From Armatimonadota bacterium (lineage in GTDB: Bacteria; Armatimonadota; SYMT01), in assembly GCA_041690135.1 (NCBI GenBank), contig JAWLHY010000010.1, positions 224,001 through 288,000 on the forward strand: a stretch of DNA of 64,000 nt. The letters run 5' to 3'. Of this stretch, positions 56,474 through 64,000 are shown piece after piece. Numbering within the stretch: position 1 is the stretch's first letter; every line of letters starts with the position of its first letter. The translations under genes and the position numbers were made by a program. The notes below the pieces were generated by a model. That model saw only the letters and a list, made by a program, of their open reading frames with translations. It was not told the DNA's origin and searched no databases.

Positions 56474-57408
56474 GCCTGGTAAATGACCTCCACCGCGCGC
56501 AGGCCGTCCTGACCGGTAACGCGGAGTTCGTTCTCTCCGCGCAGGACGGCGGCGAAGTGGCGGAGCTCTTCGACGAAGCGGCTGCGGTTGTCCGGCTCCA
56601 TCTTCGTCCAGGCGTCTTCTCCGGCCAAGCGATAGCGGGTTTCGCCCGTGTCGTAGTCGATGACGGCGGCGCCGTTCTCGCCATAGATCTCGACCACGTT
56701 GGCCGACCAGGGCGTCATCCAGCTTGCTTCGATCACGCCGATGGCTCCATCCGTGGACGTGAGTAGCATGGCCGCGCTGTCTTCGATCCCGCGCTCCTGA
56801 ATCATCGGGTTGAAGGCACGACAGGCGCCGCTGACCGCACCCACCTCGCCCACCAGGTGGCGGAACAGATCGACACTGTGAACGGAGGTGTCCATCAGGG
56901 TGCCGCCGCCGGCGATCTCGCCGTTGCTGAACCAGCGGTCCTCCACCCCGGTGAACCGCGTGCCGAAGCGGTTGCGGAACATCAGGACGCGGCCCAGTTT
57001 CCCTGCATCGATGAGCCCGCGCACCCACTCCACGGGCGGGTGGAAGCGGTGGCAGAAGGCGGTCATCAGCAATGTGCCCGATTCCTCGGCCGCCACCGCA
57101 ATCGCGCGGGCCTCCTCCGGGGTGCGCGCCAGCGGCTTCTCGCAAAGAGTGGGCAGCCCGCGCTTCAGGGCTGCAATGGCAACGTCCGCATGCAGGTGCG
57201 GAGGCGTGCAGATGTCGAGCGCATCCAGTTCTTCCGAGTTCAGCATCTCCTGCCAGTCGGAGTAGGCCTTGCCTCCCCCGGCTTCCGCCCGGGCCAGGTC
57301 GACGTCGCAGGCGGCGACGACGCGGGCGCCTTCCACCTGCGCCCACGAACGGAGATGGACCGCACCGATCCCCCCGCACCCCACAACCCCTATCTTGAGT
57401 TCATTCAT
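56452..57408 (-). CDS. Gfo/Idh/MocA-family oxidoreductase
   Basis: 'IGVVGCGGIG', 'TPPHLH', 'CEKPLA', 'GGGTLMDTSVHSVD'. Confidence 0.93.
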   Translation of the reverse strand: MNELKIGVVGCGGIGAVHLRSWAQVEGARVVAACDVDLARAEAGGGKAYSDWQEMLNSEELDALDICTPPHLHADVAIAALKRGLPTLCEKPLARTPEEARAIAVAAEESGTLLMTAFCHRFHPPVEWVRGLIDAGKLGRVLMFRNRFGTRFTGVEDRWFSNGEIAGGGTLMDTSVHSVDLFRHLVGEVGAVSGACRAFNPMIQERGIEDSAAMLLTSTDGAIGVIEASWMTPWSANVVEIYGENGAAVIDYDTGETRYRLAGEDAWTKMEPDNRSRFVEELRHFAAVLRGENELRVTGQDGLRAVEVIYQAYGNGVG

Positions 57409-58488
57409 TCACGGCTTTCCTTCACGGCTTTCTTTAACAGCCAACTGGCCGCATGCGGCGTCGATATCCTGGCCCCGCTCCACTCGCTGCGTGGTCGAGA
57501 TCCCATAGCTCTCCAGCACGCTCCGGAAGGCCCGCACGCGCTCCCGGGACGGCGCCTCGAACTGCCCGAACGAGGCCGTTGGGTTCCACGGTATCAGATT
57601 CACGTGTGCGATCAACGGCCGATCCGGCCCCCGGACGAGGCGGGCAAGCTGGTGGGCGTGCTCCACTTCGTCGTTCACCCCGGAGAGGAGAAGATACTCC
57701 AGGGTGACCCGGCGTCCGGTTTTCTCCGTATAGCAGCGGACCGCCTCCATCACGTCTTTCACCCCCCACTTACGCGACATCGGAATCAGCTTCTCGCGGA
57801 GTTCGTCGTTAGGCGCGTGCAGGGAAAGGGCCAGGGTCACGGGGATCCCTTCTTCCGCCAGCTTCCGGATCCCCGGAACGTGTCCCGCCGTGGAGACGGT
57901 GAGGTGACGGTAGGAGAGCCCCACCTCTTCATGCAGGAGCCGGAGCGCGCGAACCAGGTTGTCGTAATTGATCATCGGCTCACCCATGCCCATGACTACA
58001 ACATGGGTGACGCGCCCTTCCGGAGCATTCTCGGCGGCGGTGAGGACCTGGTCCACGAACTCCCCCGGCGTGAGATTCCGACCGAAGCCCATGGTGGCCG
58101 TGGCGCAGAAGACACAGCCGACCGGGCACCCCACCTGGCTGGACACGCACACGGAGGTCCGGTCCTCGTACGGCAACATCACCGTTTCGATGCTCCGGTT
58201 ATCCGGGAGGGCCAGGAGCAACTTTTGTGTGCCGTCGCGGGAGGCCTGGCGCCGCGCCACCTCCGCCCGGCCGACCTGGAACCGCTCCGCAAGCCGCCGA
58301 CGGAAATCCGCCGGTAGATCCGTCATTTCGTCGAACGACCGGGCACCCTTGCGGTAGATCCAGGCGGCCAACTGCCGACCGCGATACCGGGGCTGGCCCA
58401 GCGATTCCACAACCGCCTCCAGTTCCGGCCGCGTTTTGCCCAGCAGAGGCTCCAGCGCCACCGGGGCCTCCAGTACCTGTAGTTCCAT
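57409..58488 (-). CDS. rlmN: 23S rRNA m2A2503 radical-SAM methyltransferase
   Basis: 'CVSSQVGCPVGCVFCAT', 'MGMGEP', 'SLHAPN', 'VNLIPWN', 'DIDAACGQL'. Confidence 0.96.
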   Translation of the reverse strand: MELQVLEAPVALEPLLGKTRPELEAVVESLGQPRYRGRQLAAWIYRKGARSFDEMTDLPADFRRRLAERFQVGRAEVARRQASRDGTQKLLLALPDNRSIETVMLPYEDRTSVCVSSQVGCPVGCVFCATATMGFGRNLTPGEFVDQVLTAAENAPEGRVTHVVVMGMGEPMINYDNLVRALRLLHEEVGLSYRHLTVSTAGHVPGIRKLAEEGIPVTLALSLHAPNDELREKLIPMSRKWGVKDVMEAVRCYTEKTGRRVTLEYLLLSGVNDEVEHAHQLARLVRGPDRPLIAHVNLIPWNPTASFGQFEAPSRERVRAFRSVLESYGISTTQRVERGQDIDAACGQLAVKESREGKP

Positions 58489-58669
58489 CTCTCCCTCTCC
58501 CGTTGCCCACTCCGGTCTCGCCGCCATCGGCGGCTCCGCGCGGCCCGCCCGCCCATTATAGCGCGCCTGCCACCCGTACCCTCTTACCCAGCCATGCCTC
58601 ACCCGGCGCGGGCCTCTGTCTTGCCACTTTCTCGGTTCCGAAAGCCGGAAAAAAAGGCCGGCGCCGCGT

Positions 58670-58698
58670 TTGACGCCCCCACCGACCGCCGGTATCAT
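58670..58698 (+). promoter_or_regulatory. Sigma70-type promoter
   Basis: TTGACG-N17-TATCAT. Confidence 0.7.
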
Positions 58699-58704
58699 GA
58701 CTGT

Positions 58705-58840
58705 ATCAAAGGAGGTGATGACTTAATGGATCACAGTCGTCGAGGTGGCTGTAGGAGTTAACCACCTACTACCAGACTGGGGTGAACTCCTAAATCCAAC
58801 CAGTTCACCGGCGGGGGACCCTTCGGGGTCCCCCGTATTG
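58705..58840 (+). ncRNA. Candidate structured sRNA, possibly dual-function with an 11-aa sORF (58726-58761, MDHSRRGGCRS)
   Basis: Promoter upstream; four consecutive hairpins, the last a 10-bp stem with a cUUCGg loop; AAAGGAGGTGAT at the 5' end. Confidence 0.55.
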
Positions 58841-58949
58841 CTGTACAATGGAAAGCGGCGGGTGGTCGCACGCCGAGCATCCGTACGCAAGGAGATTGCT
58901 CCGGCCCCTCCGTGGGTAGACCAGAGCAGAGTCGCAGGGAGGTACGAAA

Positions 58950-59153
58950 ATGAGCATGGGATCGCCCATCAACCCGTCTGAACCGGAGTCCGAAGAGGAC
59001 GAGTACGAAGAAATCAATATCGACGTCACGGAAGAAGGCGAGGTGTGGGTCCACGGGGAGGATTGGGAACTGAAGTTCAGCCCCGAAGAGGCCCGCCAGT
59101 TGGGGCAGGCCCTGCTGGACGCCGCGGACGACGCGGAGAACCCCACCGAGTAA
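58950..59153 (+). CDS. Small acidic hypothetical protein
   Basis: GGAGG RBS; 67 aa, 'LKFSPEEARQLGQALLDAA'. Confidence 0.7.
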   Translation: MSMGSPINPSEPESEEDEYEEINIDVTEEGEVWVHGEDWELKFSPEEARQLGQALLDAADDAENPTE

Positions 59154-59169
59154 CGCCGCCGCCCGTATC

Positions 59170-59367
59170 TCACACCATCCCGGAAAGCACGCTGAGCGCC
59201 TCCCGGAGGCGCTCGCGTGCTTCTTCCACCCGTTCGAGCACCTCTTGCTTTTGGGCGGTATCCGAGGCCTCAAGGTCCATAACGGCTTTGCGGAAGCGGT
59301 TGAGGTCCTGCAGGATCCGGTTACCGTCTAGGTAGACATCGTTCTCAGCTGCCATCGCTCGGGTCAT
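59170..59367 (-). CDS. Small helical hypothetical protein
   Basis: AGGAG RBS; 65 aa coiled-coil-like; convergent with the previous gene. Confidence 0.65.
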   Translation of the reverse strand: MTRAMAAENDVYLDGNRILQDLNRFRKAVMDLEASDTAQKQEVLERVEEARERLREALSVLSGMV

Positions 59368-59497
59368 CTGCTCCTGGACGTCCGGATGTTGGCATCCGGA
59401 CCCGATTCTGGGTGCTCCCTATCCCAAGAGTGGCTTGCCGAATCCCGGGTCACCCCTGGGAAGTCGGACGGCACTCCTTCGCCTCAGGTTCACAAAT

Positions 59498-60016
59498 ATG
59501 GAACGCAAGTTTCGCGCCGAAATGTACGGCGATCAGGAAGGAATTGCCGAAGTGCACCGGCAGGCATTCGGCCGCGAGAACGAAGCACGCCTGGTCGATA
59601 CTCTCCGAAACACCGTGAACTGGGTGCCCGAGCTCTCTCGGGTCGCTGTCCAGGAAGAGACCGTTGTCGGTCACGTCCTTTTCTCCCGCATTTATCTCGA
59701 AGGCAGCCCTGCCGAATCTCCCCTGCTTGCTCTAGGACCGATCGCGGTTCTTCCTTCCTTTCAGAGCCAGGGCATCGGGGGACAACTGATCCGTGACGGG
59801 CTCGAGCACGCCGGGCGGCTCGGCTTCACGGGCGTTGTGGTCCTGGGACACGCAAGCTACTATCCCCGCTTCGGCTTCGTTCCCGCAAGCCGACTTGGGA
59901 TCCGGTCCCCCATTGAGGTCCCGGACGAAGTCTACATGGCGCTCGAACTCCGCGCCGGCGCGCTTTCCGGCGTGGCCGGCACTGTGCGCTACCCGGAACC
60001 CTGGCTGCGGGTGTGA
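59498..60016 (+). CDS. GNAT N-acetyltransferase (YhbS-like)
   Basis: 'EARLVDTLR', 'LGPIAVLPSFQSQGIG', 'VVLGHASYYPRFGF'. Confidence 0.9.
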   Translation: MERKFRAEMYGDQEGIAEVHRQAFGRENEARLVDTLRNTVNWVPELSRVAVQEETVVGHVLFSRIYLEGSPAESPLLALGPIAVLPSFQSQGIGGQLIRDGLEHAGRLGFTGVVVLGHASYYPRFGFVPASRLGIRSPIEVPDEVYMALELRAGALSGVAGTVRYPEPWLRV

Positions 60017-60135
60017 AGCAATTCACACCCGCAGGCTCTTTCATCACCGAACCGCAACATCCTTAGGTCGTCCTTAGGGGAAACGATCGAACAGCAACCG
60101 GGCTGGCGAACGTTGAATTCCGAAGGAGACGACCC

Positions 60136-61461
60136 ATGCAACGGACTCCCCAGCGACTGGTGTTCACCGTGCTGTGCGCCATGGTGGTGACCAGCCTGTG
60201 CGCCGCGGCTACCGCGCAGTCCCGACCGCGCCGCGAAGGCCCCCCGCCCGGAGGGCGGGCTGAGCGCGGACAGGGCAACGGCGGGCAAAACAATCGTGGA
60301 CAGAGCAACGGCGGGGGTGGAAGGAACAACGACGGTGAACGGGGCAACGGCCGTCTCGGCGCGGCACCATTCCCGGGACTGAGCTCCGACCTCCAGGCCC
60401 GGTTCCAGGCGGGGCTGGAGGCGTTCACCCGCCGCAACGGCATTGAAGAAGGACTGGGGCCCGTGTACAACGGCCGGAGTTGTGCCGAGTGTCACGCGGC
60501 ACCCTCGGTCGGCGGTGCGAGCCCCGACGCCGGCCGGACCCGCGTCACCCGGTTCGGCCAGTTCCTGAACGGCAAATTCAGCGAACTGGAGGAACTGGGC
60601 GGCTCGCTGATCCAGCGGCGCTCCATCCGGGAGATCGATCCGGCCTGTCCCATCACCGGCGAGCGGGTGCCGCGCGAAGCCAACGTGGTCTCTCACCGGA
60701 TCACCCCGCCGATCTTCGGCGCTGGCCTGATCGAGGCGATCCCCGAAGCGCAGATCCTGACCCGGGAGGACCCGGACGACCTGGACGGGGACGGGATTTC
60801 CGGGCGGGCAAACCGGATCCAGAACTTCGAGACCGGCGCGGAGGAAGTGGGACGGTTCGGATGGCAAGCCCCGATCTCGACGCTGCACTTCTTCTCCGGT
60901 GCGGCCCTTAACGGTGAACTCGGCATTACCAACCCCAGCTTCCAGAACGAGAACCTGCCGCAGGGACAGCCGATCCTGGCGGAGTGGGACCGGACGCCGG
61001 AAACGGAGGACGATGGACGGGCCGTGGAAGCGATCGCCGACTTCATGCGCTACCTGGCACCCCTGCCGACCCGGCCCGCCACCGCCGCCTCCCGCCGCGG
61101 TGAAGCGCTGTTCACCTCCGTGGGCTGCGCGGCCTGCCACACGCCGGAGATGCAGACCGCCGGCAGCGACCCGGTCCTCGCCGGCAAAACGGTGCGGTTG
61201 TTCTCCGACCTACTGCTGCACGATATGGGCGACCGGTTGGCGGATGGCTTCCCGATGGGTCGCGCGACCGGACGCGAATGGCGCACGGCGCCCCTGTGGG
61301 GCGTGGCGTCGCGACCGGTGTGGATGCACGACGGGCGCGCCCGCTCGCTGGACGAGTCGATCCGGCTGCACGGCGGCGAGAGCGAGGCTTCGACGCAGCG
61401 GTACCTGGGTCTGAACCGGAACGATCGCCAGGCGCTTCTGGAGTTCCTCAGGACGCTGTAA
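60136..61461 (+). CDS. Exported di-heme oxidoreductase-family (DHOR/thiol oxidoreductase) protein
   Basis: Signal peptide; 'GLGPVYNGRSCAECH', 'GRFGWQA', 'CAACH', 'LLHDMG', 'WRTAPLWG', 'HDGRA'. Confidence 0.9.
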   Translation: MQRTPQRLVFTVLCAMVVTSLCAAATAQSRPRREGPPPGGRAERGQGNGGQNNRGQSNGGGGRNNDGERGNGRLGAAPFPGLSSDLQARFQAGLEAFTRRNGIEEGLGPVYNGRSCAECHAAPSVGGASPDAGRTRVTRFGQFLNGKFSELEELGGSLIQRRSIREIDPACPITGERVPREANVVSHRITPPIFGAGLIEAIPEAQILTREDPDDLDGDGISGRANRIQNFETGAEEVGRFGWQAPISTLHFFSGAALNGELGITNPSFQNENLPQGQPILAEWDRTPETEDDGRAVEAIADFMRYLAPLPTRPATAASRRGEALFTSVGCAACHTPEMQTAGSDPVLAGKTVRLFSDLLLHDMGDRLADGFPMGRATGREWRTAPLWGVASRPVWMHDGRARSLDESIRLHGGESEASTQRYLGLNRNDRQALLEFLRTL

Positions 61462-61593
61462 CGGTCCCGAAAGACCGTGCAGGATCGGAAGCCAAGCAAT
61501 CCACTGGCTGGGGAGCCGGAACGATCACCTACGCAAGTGAAGGGCCCGCGGGTGGCGGCTTCGAGCGGCTACCCGCGCACCCTAGCCAGGCCT

Positions 61594-63000
61594 TCAGGAG
61601 CATTGGCTCACAGAGGCCGTCACGCCGCAGCCGGGGCATTCGAAGAGAAAGAACGTCGCGTAGTTCTCCAGGAACAGATTGAACTGCCCCGATAGTTCGG
61701 ACCGGTGGTTGATCGTGTCCAGGGTGTCCGAGTCCAGTTGGAGCACAAACGCCATGTCTTCCCGACAGAGCGGACATTCGGGCCACTCGTCTGACTGAAG
61801 CCAAAGGGGTAGCGAACCTGCGTGCGTCTGGTCCTCACGGCCTTCACGACCAGGGAATGCGCGGCCTGCCGGTTCCCAGATGAGGGACGCCTGCGGACCC
61901 TGGACTTTCCCTTTGTGGAAGTCCTCCAGATCCGCCGATTCAAAAGCGATCCGCACGGCCTGGCCGCCTCGCCAGAAGACATAGTGTGGGCCGAAGAAAA
62001 TACATTCCTGGCAGCGGATCAACCGCACATCCCGTCCCGGCCGCCCGATCCGATCGCCCGGAACGTGAAGGACTTCATGCCCCCTTCCGCCACAGTGAGG
62101 ACATGCGAGCGGCGCAGGCTGCAAGCCAACGCGGCTCAATCCGGGTGTAAGGGGCACCAACCGGCCGATATACTCGGCGCTCCGGAAACTCCGGGTCGGG
62201 TCACCATACGGCAGCTCCGCTTCCAACAGGAGAACGACGCTGCGCACCCAACAGCGAACGTCCGGGTCAGGTTCCAGCCGCGCGGAGAGGTGCTCCCGGA
62301 GCGTTTCCAGTTGGAAAGTGTCGGGATGCACGCGGTGCTGAGGAGAGAGGTCTTCCGGATAACGCCCGGTGGGCCGCTCCGGTGCATTGCTCCATCCCCG
62401 GGGCCGAGGCCGCGATCGATACGCTGCCGCCCCCACGCTCCAGGAGGCGTCTTCCAGCGCCCCGTCAAGCAGGTCTCGGTCACCTGGGTCATCCCACCTC
62501 CGGAGCACTTCGACTGCCGCCATCCGGGTTCGCACCTCCGGGGAGGCCATCAAGTTCCGCAGCGCCGGCCGTGCAGAGCGGTCATTGATCCGACCGATTG
62601 CACGGATGACTTCTTCGAGAAAGTACGGTTCGAGAGTCTCCAGCAGGGACTCCAACACCGGAACTGCCTCGGGCTCCTGGGATACGCCGAGAGCCCGAAC
62701 GGCTTGCCTGCGGGTCTCCAGGTCCTCGGTGCGGGCGAGAAGGGCTGCAAGCGGCTCCACCATCTCGGGCAAGGGTGCGTACAGCCGGATGGCAATCAGT
62801 CCATCGATCAGGGATCGAGCCGTTTCGCCGTCCGCGGAGTCCAACATTTCGAGGAGGCGAGGCAGCAGTAGCGCCCGGTCTCGGCGTAAACCACCCTGGG
62901 CATATTCGCCTTCCCCTCCTCTACGGAGCTTACGGCACAGTTCGAGCACGCCTTCGGGCGATTCAGGTGCTGCTCCGCTAACTCGCGGTCGTCTCGGCAT
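61594..63000 (-). CDS. HEAT-repeat protein with Cys-rich C-terminal (DUF1963/YwqG-like) domain
   Basis: HEAT repeats ('RRQAVRALG', 'IRAIGRI'); CPHC/CQEC; 'WLQSDEWPECPLC..MAFVLQLDS...FECPGC...QCS'; start uncertain. Confidence 0.65.
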   Translation of the reverse strand: MPRRPRVSGAAPESPEGVLELCRKLRRGGEGEYAQGGLRRDRALLLPRLLEMLDSADGETARSLIDGLIAIRLYAPLPEMVEPLAALLARTEDLETRRQAVRALGVSQEPEAVPVLESLLETLEPYFLEEVIRAIGRINDRSARPALRNLMASPEVRTRMAAVEVLRRWDDPGDRDLLDGALEDASWSVGAAAYRSRPRPRGWSNAPERPTGRYPEDLSPQHRVHPDTFQLETLREHLSARLEPDPDVRCWVRSVVLLLEAELPYGDPTRSFRSAEYIGRLVPLTPGLSRVGLQPAPLACPHCGGRGHEVLHVPGDRIGRPGRDVRLIRCQECIFFGPHYVFWRGGQAVRIAFESADLEDFHKGKVQGPQASLIWEPAGRAFPGREGREDQTHAGSLPLWLQSDEWPECPLCREDMAFVLQLDSDTLDTINHRSELSGQFNLFLENYATFFLFECPGCGVTASVSQCS

Positions 63001-63368
63001 GAGGTTGAATTCCACAGGACGCTTGGGAAAACTCGCCCTTGCGCGAACGCCCCCTTCGGAACGCTCAAGGCGTACCGGACACGTGCCGGCACCTCCCACA
63101 TCGAGAGGTTGTCCGAGTTGGGGGCCATTTCCTCACGACAGGGCTCACACCCAGCCAACCCACACAATCCGCAAAGGCACCAGGCAGGCACAACTTATCG
63201 GCGAATTTCCCGTGGTGAGCCCGTAAGATCTGCGGCCGAACGACGGAAAGCAGTAATCTATGCACAAGGACGGCGCAACTTTGAATGGCCTTATGCCGTT
63301 TACCCAACCAGGCTCCGCCCCCAACCCGCGGGTCCGCGGGCCCTTAAGCGCCCGACCAGGAGGCATTG

Positions 63369-64000
63369 ATGGATAACAACCAACCCAAACTCCCCTACCG
63401 CGTAACCGAGACCCTGACACGCGGCGGAACCACCTTCGAGCTGCTGGAATACGAACCCCTCGCCGGAAACGAATCGGTGAGTACCGCCATCCAGTGCTAC
63501 GAGATGAACCGGGCCGGGGTGCGCCTGCGCCAGCTGCGCCTGCGCCTGAACAACGATGCCGTCCGCACCGAGCCGGGCGCCCTGATGTTTATGAAGGGCA
63601 ACCTGGAGATGGAGAGCAGCACCGGCGGCGGGGGTGGCTTGGGAGGCTTTGCCAAGGCGGCGCTGGCGGCGGCGCGCACCGGGGAGTCGGTGTTCAAGCC
63701 CCTCTATCGCGGGACCGGCGAGGTCTACCTGGAGCCGACTTTCGGTTACTACTGGCTGATAGAGATGAACAACGAGGTGCTGATTGCGGATCAGGGCCTC
63801 TTCAGTTGCTGCGAAGACTCGCTGAAAGTGGAAGCACACAAGGTGGAGAGCTTCAGCGCCCGGGTGGCCGGCGGAGAGGGCCGCTATCAGACAAAGGTGA
63901 CGGGATCGGGCGTGGTCGTGTTCAAGATCCCCGTTCCCCGCTCCGAGATCGTGGAGATGACCCTGAATGGTGACGCGCTCCATGTGGACGGCTCGTTCGC
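63369..64000 (+). CDS. AIM24-family protein (runs off the window end; not in the ORF track)
   Basis: Hand translation MDNNQPKLPY...'VRTEPGALMFMKGNLEM', 'GESVFKPLYRGTGEVYLEP', 'GGEGRYQTKVTGSG'; AGGAGG RBS. Confidence 0.85.
   Translation, partial: MDNNQPKLPYRVTETLTRGGTTFELLEYEPLAGNESVSTAIQCYEMNRAGVRLRQLRLRLNNDAVRTEPGALMFMKGNLEMESSTGGGGGLGGFAKAALAAARTGESVFKPLYRGTGEVYLEPTFGYYWLIEMNNEVLIADQGLFSCCEDSLKVEAHKVESFSARVAGGEGRYQTKVTGSGVVVFKIPVPRSEIVEMTLNGDALHVDGSF

Noticed and set aside
56452-57408. Gfo/Idh/MocA gene as gnnA (diamino lipid A pathway)
   Set aside because: Far from the lpx cluster, coupled to rlmN, and no gnnB-like aminotransferase in the window.
58708-58719. Possible 16S rRNA 3'-end fragment on the minus strand
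   Set aside because: Match limited to the anti-SD 12-mer; flanks do not resemble 16S helix 45.
60240-60350. Gly/Asn/Gln/Arg-rich repeat-like DNA
   Set aside because: Low-complexity linker within the di-heme protein, not an independent element.

Overview
GC-rich bacterial chromosomal window. The gene repertoire suggests Armatimonadota or a similar Gram-negative lineage; this is inference only. About 25 kb (10.8-35 kb, nearly all minus strand) is a lipid A/Kdo/core LPS supercluster: lpxC-fabZ-lpxA-[ICMT/LmtA-like methyltransferase]-msbA-waaA-GT9-lpxK-lpxL-GT9-GT4-GT9-sulfatase-like-GT4-sulfatase-like-(inverted GT2)-GT4-GT4-hldE-type adenylyltransferase-kdsB-[Uma2]-kdsA-kdsD. It is followed by a membrane spermidine-synthase-like gene and flanked by a divergent sulfotransferase, an HpnK/ChbG-like deacetylase and galE. 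The rest includes a TPR + twin membrane double-FHA operon, a sugar kinase/aldolase/amidohydrolase trio, DUF1501, a PlsY fused to an acyl-ACP-reductase-like domain, rlmN, a di-heme protein and a truncated AIM24 gene. Best leads: (1) an unannotated, promoter-bounded ~130-nt structured RNA/sORF at 58.7 kb with a perfect anti-16S SD and GGA-loop hairpins; (2) the PlsY-reductase fusion; (3) LPS-tailoring genes (two mosaic Thr-nucleophile 'sulfatases', an LmtA-like methyltransferase, a sulfotransferase); (4) a 32-aa basic protein missed by the ORF track; (5) REP/MITE-like elements and an in-gene 8-mer repeat. No rRNA, tRNA, CRISPR array or transposase was recognised.
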